A DNA stretch of 64,000 nt. Source: Candidatus Cloacimonadales bacterium (GTDB taxonomy: Bacteria > Cloacimonadota > Cloacimonadia > Cloacimonadales > JAFGVF01). This document shows positions 58,701 to 64,000 of the stretch, one piece after another. A model generated the notes under the pieces. The model had not been told where the DNA came from. It saw nothing but the letters and a program-made list of their open reading frames with translations, and did not search any database. Location: contig OY782781.1 in assembly GCA_963678315.1 (NCBI GenBank), positions 1,792,001 to 1,856,000 of the forward strand, written 5' to 3'. How positions within the stretch are numbered: the first letter of the stretch is position 1; each line of letters begins with the position of its first letter. A program made the position numbers and the translations under genes.

Positions 58701-60252
58701 TGATGTGTTTAGTATACTTAGTATGAGTTTTCATAATCTGCTTCATAACACATTCATCTGAATGGCATATTTCTAAATCAAGTACTTCATAGCATTTTTT
58801 ACCAATTAAATCCTCATGAGTGTTGAATAGTGAACAGAATGTCTCATTAACTTTCTCTATTTTATAATCTTTACCAATGGCTACAATAGGACGTGTACAA
58901 CTTAGAATTTGTTCAATTTCTTGGTTGTTTTTTCTTACTTCATTTAATAGCTCTTGATGCTTATCCTGACTTTCGGCTAAACTGTTACTCATTGTGTTTA
59001 GAGAATTTATAAGTAAATCGTGCTTAGAACGTGGAGTTAATCTAGTATCATAGTTGCCTCCTGATATTGATATAGCTGTTTCTGTTATCTTCTTTACTCC
59101 TACTTGAAGCTTTCTAAATGACCTAGTTAAAGATCCTATCTCATCAATAGATTGAACTCTTATCGTTTCAGGTGTTTCTCCAATAGTCATTTTATTAGCT
59201 ATTTTTGTCAAATTTACGATTGGACTTGTAATAAGTCTTGAGAAGTATTTTGATATTAGAATAATCAATAGAAATACAATAAAACCAAATATAATATAAA
59301 ACAGTATTAAAGAGTTTGAAAATCCTAGAGCTTCCTTGGAGTCTATTTCAGCAATGATAATCCAATCAAAATCAGTATTGAATTTCTCTGAAAGTTTAAT
59401 TGGTTCTTGATAACTATAAACATCTACTCCCCGATAGTCATTTATAGTCCCATATTTTGCTTCATCTTTTGTTGTAGGGTTTGTAATTAGCCTATAATCA
59501 AAGCCTTTAGTATTTACTTGTTTACTTAAAATTGCTTGATTTTTAACGAATTTTGAGTTTGACCTCATAAGGTAATCGCCACCAATTAGAAATGTTTCCC
59601 CCGTTTCACCAAGAATAGATTCTTCAACAACAATGTCATTTATTCCTTTTGGAGATAAGGCAAAAATTAGATAATAAATGTTGTCTGCTTCTTGGTCGTT
59701 GGTCATCGTAGCTACAATATACATCATAGGTGAGTCATTATCAATAAAATCATTGTAGAAGTCGGTTATATCTATATTTGAATCATTCTGAAGATTTCTT
59801 TTTAAGTAGCTTATAAAAGGAGGCTTTTTATATAACAATTTAGTATCAGTATTTAATGAAGATATATCATGTGCAGTTGAATAGATAACTTCTCTATTCC
59901 TGTTGTATATATACATAGCATCGAATTTATTTACTTTTATATAATTTTGAAAACGTGCTGAAATATTTTCATTATATACCTTATTATCATAATCTTTGGA
60001 AAGAGAGAACATGTTTTTTGTGTTAGCCAAGATTTCTACTGTATTGATTTGTTTGTCAAAATACTTAATTAATTGTTCTTTTTTCAAAGTCGAAACAGCT
60101 TGCAGAGATTGTTGTGTTTGATTTGAAATGTTGTTACGAACGAAACTTACTGTGAGTATATTCAACACAATATATGGGACAGCAGCAATTGAAACGATTA
60201 ATAACAATATCTTAAGACTAAAACTTTTCTTTACTTTCTTAATAAAAGACAT
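55711..60252 (-). CDS. Membrane hybrid histidine kinase (Cache-like, HAMP, PAS, GAF, coiled coil, HisKA, HATPase, three REC)
   Basis: Two TMs, DEIG HAMP, IGKKCYEV PAS, GEGLVGQ GAF, QQEELRVANEEL coil, FLANMSHELRTPLN, GGTGLGL, REC domains (middle one degenerate). Confidence 0.93.
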   Translation of the reverse strand: MSFIKKVKKSFSLKILLLIVSIAAVPYIVLNILTVSFVRNNISNQTQQSLQAVSTLKKEQLIKYFDKQINTVEILANTKNMFSLSKDYDNKVYNENISARFQNYIKVNKFDAMYIYNRNREVIYSTAHDISSLNTDTKLLYKKPPFISYLKRNLQNDSNIDITDFYNDFIDNDSPMMYIVATMTNDQEADNIYYLIFALSPKGINDIVVEESILGETGETFLIGGDYLMRSNSKFVKNQAILSKQVNTKGFDYRLITNPTTKDEAKYGTINDYRGVDVYSYQEPIKLSEKFNTDFDWIIIAEIDSKEALGFSNSLILFYIIFGFIVFLLIILISKYFSRLITSPIVNLTKIANKMTIGETPETIRVQSIDEIGSLTRSFRKLQVGVKKITETAISISGGNYDTRLTPRSKHDLLINSLNTMSNSLAESQDKHQELLNEVRKNNQEIEQILSCTRPIVAIGKDYKIEKVNETFCSLFNTHEDLIGKKCYEVLDLEICHSDECVMKQIMKTHTKYTKHIKTDMNNGSVSDIFITGVALKDLDDNVIGVVENISDISESVKNQKEIEERTEEVELKNWYKTGETLLLENLRGEISHHDLTKNAITFLVKYIDAQIGAIYLISESDRNILQLTSSYAFSSRNHVSNKIRPGEGLVGQAFLEKEMILLHDVPKDYITINSGLGKTPPKNIIVIPIKFENKVLGVIEIGSITNFTQKQVSFLESIIDSLGVSINSCFAREKMQILLDMTQQQAEELQVQQEELRVANEELKEQTEELRATSEKLKIQQDELQEANISLEEKTEYLEEKKREIQIKNDEITEAKKILEIKAKQLAQASKYKSEFLANMSHELRTPLNSLLILSKDLADNNDNNLSDDQIEAATIIHNSGKDLLDLINDILDLSKVEAGKMSVDFEEVSIKDILSNIYGIYHRTAEEKGVKFTTACSPNLPSEIVTDQQRLRQIIKNLLSNSFKFTHEGSITLDVIGVDEDEFFANNDQLKDYIVIKVTDTGIGIANEKQEAIFEAFQQADGTTSRKYGGTGLGLSISKELTHLLKGEIYLESKLNVGTTFRLLLPIKPNDEVMLNEIKTRSKIKMPKTDDVETETKKKGKENSVVQAPHIDDDRKLINAENVNKVILSIEDDLTFAEILKQFCHKQELLFVHASEGISGLKLAKEIKPRAIILDIMLPGMDGWEILSNLKKDKELESIPVQIMSANDIDEENLAFPVFGVLNKPIDKNNLINFFQNVTKDNNQTSSHILVIGEKNSLNNELSEIGDLNNLHIEYTDKLSALLDEKIIDACNFILINIDNKVNSFEELDKILTKTKDDIPSIIVFCDNDNIPSVKFDLNTKIKSIIVKGGKSSERVIDEINNISKIKKEDTNNNSIPTVSMKTDKDKPLKGKKILVVDDDIRNIFAVSHVLESRDMNVNTAVNGQKALDILDQEDDFDIVLMDIMMPVMDGEEATKKIRQINRFKNLPIIVLTAKAMKGDKERFLNAGASDYLAKPLDVDKLLSTLRVWLS

Positions 60253-60836
60253 TAGTTCTCCTTCATTATATCTAACAAATATTCTCCAATTTTATTTATA
60301 GAAAGAATATTATCAATTGAGTTATTATTTATAGCGCTTTCAGGCATTTCTGGAAATTGAGCTTCTTTAGGATTTTGAGCAATTGTGCAACCATTATATT
60401 TTTTTACTGTTAACGATCCATTGGCACCATCATTATTAGCTCCTGTCAAAAGAATTGATAATAATCTATCTTGGAACACTCGAGCTGCAGACTCAAATAG
60501 TACATCAATTGAAGGTCTGGAATAATTAACCTTCTCGTCACTTGACAAGACTAACAATTCTCTATTTTCGACCAATAAATGATAATTAGCAGGAGCTATA
60601 TATATTGTATTAGCTTTAATTTCTGCCATATTATCAACTAGAACTATTCTATTTTTTGTTAGTTTTTTATACATTTCAACAAAGAAATAATCTGTGTCCT
60701 TGTTAAGATGTTGAGAAATAACAATCGGAATACTAATTTCGTCTGGTAATACTTCAATTATTTTTCTTATACATTCAAATGCCCCAGCAGATCCACCTAT
60801 CACAATGCAATCGAATGTTGTTTGATTATTAGTCAT
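60252..60836 (-). CDS. cheB: CheB-type methylesterase lacking a receiver domain
   Basis: IGGSAG, QH, APANYHL, SRPSIDVLFESAA, LTGANNDG. Confidence 0.9.
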   Translation of the reverse strand: MTNNQTTFDCIVIGGSAGAFECIRKIIEVLPDEISIPIVISQHLNKDTDYFFVEMYKKLTKNRIVLVDNMAEIKANTIYIAPANYHLLVENRELLVLSSDEKVNYSRPSIDVLFESAARVFQDRLLSILLTGANNDGANGSLTVKKYNGCTIAQNPKEAQFPEMPESAINNNSIDNILSINKIGEYLLDIMKEN

Positions 60837-61668
60837 TATTATTCACCAACTGGTATATCTTGTTTTTCAAATCAACATTGTCAAATTTAGACTTATGTTG
60901 CCAAAAATCAATAGTTTCTTTGCTTCCAATAGCTAAAAATCCTTTATCAACTAAGCTTGTAAGGAATAAAGTTAAGACTGAATTCTGAAGTTGTCTATCA
61001 AAATATATTAGAACATTACGACATATAACTATATTCATGTGTCCAAATGGTTTATCGTGAACTAAATTATGATTAGCAAAGGTAATATGCCTCCTAATAG
61101 ATTCATCTATCTTATATGAATTGCCATGTTTTTGTAAGTTCTTTGCTAGTGAAGACTGTGGAAAAACTTGCTTGAAGTTCTCTTGATATTCTCCAAATTG
61201 TTCACTTGTGTATATTCCCATCTTTGCTTTCTCTAAAGCCACCTCATTGAAGTCGGTTGCAAAAAGGGTAGTTCTCTCTAAAATGCCTTCTTCTTTGAGC
61301 AATATTGCCATTGAATAAACTTCTTCTCCAGTAGCACAACCTGCGTGCCATATTTTGATATATGGGTAGGTTTTCAGATATGGGATGATATTCTTTCTTA
61401 TAGATTGCCAAAATGTTGGGTCTCTAAACATTTCTGTAACAGTTATTGAGAACTCCAATAATAATTTATTAATAAAAGCATTATCATGAATTGCTAAAGG
61501 TATCATTTCACTAATGTGGTTCATTTTGTTAAGATCAAGCAAGCGCATAATCCTTCTGTTTAATGAAGCACGAGAATAATTCTTGAAGTTAAAACCGTGA
61601 TAATCATTAATCACAGATAGAAGTAATTCTATCTCATAATTCTCTATTTCTATTACTGATTTATTCAT
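60829..61668 (-). CDS. cheR: CheR-type methyltransferase
   Basis: TEMFRDP, IWHAGCATGEEVYS, ATD, HNL, CRNVLIYF. Confidence 0.93.
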   Translation of the reverse strand: MNKSVIEIENYEIELLLSVINDYHGFNFKNYSRASLNRRIMRLLDLNKMNHISEMIPLAIHDNAFINKLLLEFSITVTEMFRDPTFWQSIRKNIIPYLKTYPYIKIWHAGCATGEEVYSMAILLKEEGILERTTLFATDFNEVALEKAKMGIYTSEQFGEYQENFKQVFPQSSLAKNLQKHGNSYKIDESIRRHITFANHNLVHDKPFGHMNIVICRNVLIYFDRQLQNSVLTLFLTSLVDKGFLAIGSKETIDFWQHKSKFDNVDLKNKIYQLVNNND

Positions 61669-61758
61669 GATTTAATAAATAGTATAAAATAAGAAAGTGT
61701 CAAGTAAATTGAACTTAAACTTATTTTTTACCTTGTTTCTTTGCGTAAGCACAATCAT

Positions 61759-61998
61759 CTGGGTACACAAGCTTCTAGCTTGTAAAATATTCTTGGTACG
61801 CATGCTTCTAGCATGCGAAAGGTTTTTTATGGGTTGCAAGCAACAGTCTTCGCCTGTCACAGTCCTTGCTTGCTTGCGAAACATCATTAATCAAGAATGA
61901 TGTTAAAGTAAAGTATCTTCTCTTTAACCATGCAAGCATGTTTAAAGATGCGCATTCAGAAGGGACCGTGATCGGCGAAGACGATTGAATGCACCCCT
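61759..61998. repeat. Second cluster of the REP-like family seen at 42.4-42.7 kb
   Basis: Shares GGGTTGCAAGC, CTTGCGAAA..CA...ATCAAGAATGATGTTAAAG, CATGCAAGCATGTTTAAAGATGCGCATTCAG and GGACCGTGATCGGCGAAGACGATTGAATGCA. Confidence 0.85.
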
Positions 61999-62776
61999 AA
62001 AAGTGGCTGGCGATCCCAGTGTGTCCTCACTCCTAACATCACCCACGATTGAAATCATGGGCTTTGTGGTGAGATGTCCCCAAGGGACATAAAGGTATTT
62101 ATACCCTGTAAGGGTAAATCAATAAAGAGCCCATGGTTTTAACCATGGGTGATAAAATTGAGCTCAACTCTCTTCCTTCATTTTTGATTTAGCCGAACGT
62201 CCGTTCGTCTCTACAATTTCACTTATAATTACGTTCTAACCCCTAAAAGAGGCTGGCGATCCCAGTATGTCCTAACTCCTAACTCCACCCACGATTGAAA
62301 TCATGGGCTTTGTGGTGAGATGTCCCCAAGGGACATAAAGGTATTTATAACCTGTAAGGGTAAATCAATAAGAGCCCATGGTTTTAACCATGGGTGATAA
62401 AATGGAGCTCAACTCTCTTCCTTCATTTTTGATTTAGACGAACGTCCGTTCGTCTCTACCATTTCACTTATAACTACGTTCTAACCCCTAAAAGACGCTG
62501 GCGATCCCAGTATGTCCTAACTTCTAACTCCACCCACGATTGAAATCATGGGCTTTGTGGTGAGATGTCCCCAAGGGACATGAAGGTATTTATACCCTGT
62601 AAGGGTAAATCAATAAAGAGCCCATGGTTTTAACCATGGGTGATAAAATGGAGCTCAACTCTCTTCATTCGTTTTTGATTTAGACGAACGTCCGTTCGTC
62701 TCTACAAATTCACTTATAACTAGCTTCTAAGTGAAGCCAGCACGGAGGCTGGAGATCCCAGTGTGTCCAGTCCTAA
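61994..62776. repeat. Three tandem ~246-bp palindrome-rich direct repeats plus a partial fourth
   Basis: Units begin CCCCTAAAAG at 61994, 62240, 62485 (periods 246, 245); last full unit ends 62730; GGCTGGAGATCCCAGTGTGTCC recurs at ~62747. Confidence 0.93.
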
Positions 62777-62791
62777 ATAATTTGACTGTTT

Positions 62792-63181
62792 TTCGTGTTA
62801 TTCGTGCTTTTCGTGGTAAACTTCTCTGTTTGCAGATAAAGCTTAGCCTTTATGTCGCCCTTTCAGGGCTTTTTTTATTTTTTAACTATTACATGGAGGG
62901 CAAGCCTCCATGCTTAGTATATGCCACCCCTTCGGGGTTTTTATGGATAGCATCTCCTCAATTCTTCAATCATTCTTCATTCATCATTCTTCATTTTTCC
63001 CCTTTATCCGTGCTTATCTGTGTAATCCGTGGTCTAAAACAATTAAGACTTTCTTTCGTGTCTTTTTGTTTCTTTCGTGGTAATATCTCTTCTTAATTTG
63101 TGAGATTTGTGCCATTCGTGGCTAACTCCTAACTCCTAACTCCTAACTCCTAACTCCTCATTCCTCACTCCTCACTCCACC
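62792..63181. repeat. Mixed short-repeat region (TTCGTG-type triplet motifs, hairpin trio, heptamer runs)
   Basis: Four copies of a ~27-nt motif ending TCGTGG/CCGTGG (62792, 63007, 63055, 63097); hairpins 62852-62938; TCATTC(T/A) run 62958-62996; (CTCCTAA)4 plus variants 63126-63181. Confidence 0.8.
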
Positions 63182-63378
63182 ATTACGCCCCACATTGAAA
63201 AATCGGCCTTTTTTCAAGGAGGCAAGTAAGGCTGGGATATAAATAAATAAAAAATCGGGATTGAGTTAATCAAAAATATTAAGATTTGTTAGAGAAATAG
63301 ACTAGTTGTAAGCTATTATAAGATAATGCTTTGAGATGTGTAATAGGAGAAAGCGGGCTAGATAGATAAAATATTTTT

Positions 63379-63426
63379 TTAGCAGACTAAGTTTTTGATT
63401 GACAATTTTTATAAACGAATTAAATT
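63379..63426 (+). promoter_or_regulatory. Degenerate CIRCE overlapping a sigma70-type promoter
   Basis: TTAGCAGAC-N9-GATTGACAA (63379-63405) contains TTGACA (63399-63404); TAAATT follows 16 bp later. Confidence 0.55.
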
Positions 63427-63436
63427 GTCATTGTAT

Positions 63437-63463
63437 TTAGCAGAAAAGATTGTTTAGTGCTAA
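63437..63463 (+). promoter_or_regulatory. CIRCE operator (HrcA binding site)
   Basis: TTAGCAGAA-N9-TAGTGCTAA vs consensus TTAGCACTC-N9-GAGTGCTAA, 10 bp upstream of the hrcA start. Confidence 0.8.
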
Positions 63464-63473
63464 GGGGTAAAGA

Positions 63474-64000
63474 ATGAAAAAGAATGAAATAAGGCTTAAT
63501 ACTACTTTAAAGAATCTAATTGAAGAGTACTTGATTGAGAATGAACCAATATCTTCTCGTATAATATATGAGAAGTATATGAGCAATGTTAGTCCGGCAA
63601 CTTTAAGAATAGATTTGAATAAATTGGAACAGAGGGGATATATTTGGCAACCTCATACTTCTGCAGGTAGAACACCTACAGTTAAGGGTTTTAGAAAGTA
63701 TATTGAACTAATCAGAGATGAATTGGATCAGCATCAATATCCTAGACTCTCTGCTTTACGTGAGTTGTTGATTTCTAACTACAAGAATACTCCTCTTGGT
63801 TTGCACTATATTATGCAGATTTTAGCACAGGAATCAGACCAACTATCTTTTGTAGCAGAACCAGAGATTTCAACAGGTTTTCTTTCTAATCTTGAAGTAT
63901 TTAACATAGGTGGTAACAAGCTTTTATTTGTGGTAAGCCTAGATTCAGGAATGGATAAGACTGTTATTTTACACTGCGACTATGATATCAATGATGCACA
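63474..64000 (+). CDS. hrcA: Heat-inducible transcription repressor HrcA (partial, runs off the window)
   Basis: Manual translation MKKNEIRL...IEEYL...EPISSR...VSPATLRIDLNKLE..GYIWQPHTSAGRTPTVKGFRKYI. Confidence 0.93.
   Translation, partial: MKKNEIRLNTTLKNLIEEYLIENEPISSRIIYEKYMSNVSPATLRIDLNKLEQRGYIWQPHTSAGRTPTVKGFRKYIELIRDELDQHQYPRLSALRELLISNYKNTPLGLHYIMQILAQESDQLSFVAEPEISTGFLSNLEVFNIGGNKLLFVVSLDSGMDKTVILHCDYDINDA

Noticed and set aside
61994..62730. CRISPR array
   Set aside because: Whole ~246-bp units repeat without unique spacers, and there are no cas genes.
61672..63096. ORFs 61672-61887, 61697-61900 and 62731-63096
   Set aside because: They lie in the repeat region and their translations mirror repeat periodicity (e.g. 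VFRVIRAFRG, ICVIRG).
1..64000. tRNA, rRNA, riboswitch, prophage or autonomous IS
   Set aside because: No cloverleaf, rRNA-like tract, recognisable aptamer, phage gene or transposase was seen by eye. A covariance-model scan would be needed to exclude small RNAs.

Overview
An AT-rich (roughly 30% GC by eye) chromosomal segment of an anaerobic Gram-negative bacterium. Strong Shine-Dalgarno use, secreted proteins ending in a YPNP...YN(L/I)KGQ...ASGxY sorting domain, a complete moxR-bat operon and PFOR suggest the FCB group, most likely Cloacimonadota (inference). Left to right: a housekeeping operon (purF end, split hldA/hldC, rseC-like, folB, folK, short glmU, HIT, LytR_C, rsfS, argS); a phosphoesterase and moxR/DUF58/batABCDE; an ECF sigma/anti-sigma/triple-PDZ locus; an esterase and add. 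The standout feature follows: a 9.8-kb head-to-tail array of six 537-538-aa secreted seven-motif FG-GAP (integrin-alpha-like) proteins, whose near-identical scaffold carries discrete variable blocks in different combinations (mosaic, recombination-like pattern). After it come an HD hydrolase, cls, an uncalled 54-aa CxxC/CxxC basic protein, a sensor with a degenerate kinase core, a K+ channel plus cNMP-binding protein, a 1285-aa secreted protein, DUF1456, PFOR, asd/M20/ltaE, Fe-S proteins, a patatin, and a cheR-cheB-hybrid kinase operon with no cheA/cheW/MCP. A ~1.5-kb noncoding region holds several palindromic repeat families, including a 3x ~246-bp tandem unit. The window ends in hrcA, preceded by two CIRCE-like operators. 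No rRNA, tRNA, CRISPR, transposase, integrase or reverse transcriptase was seen.
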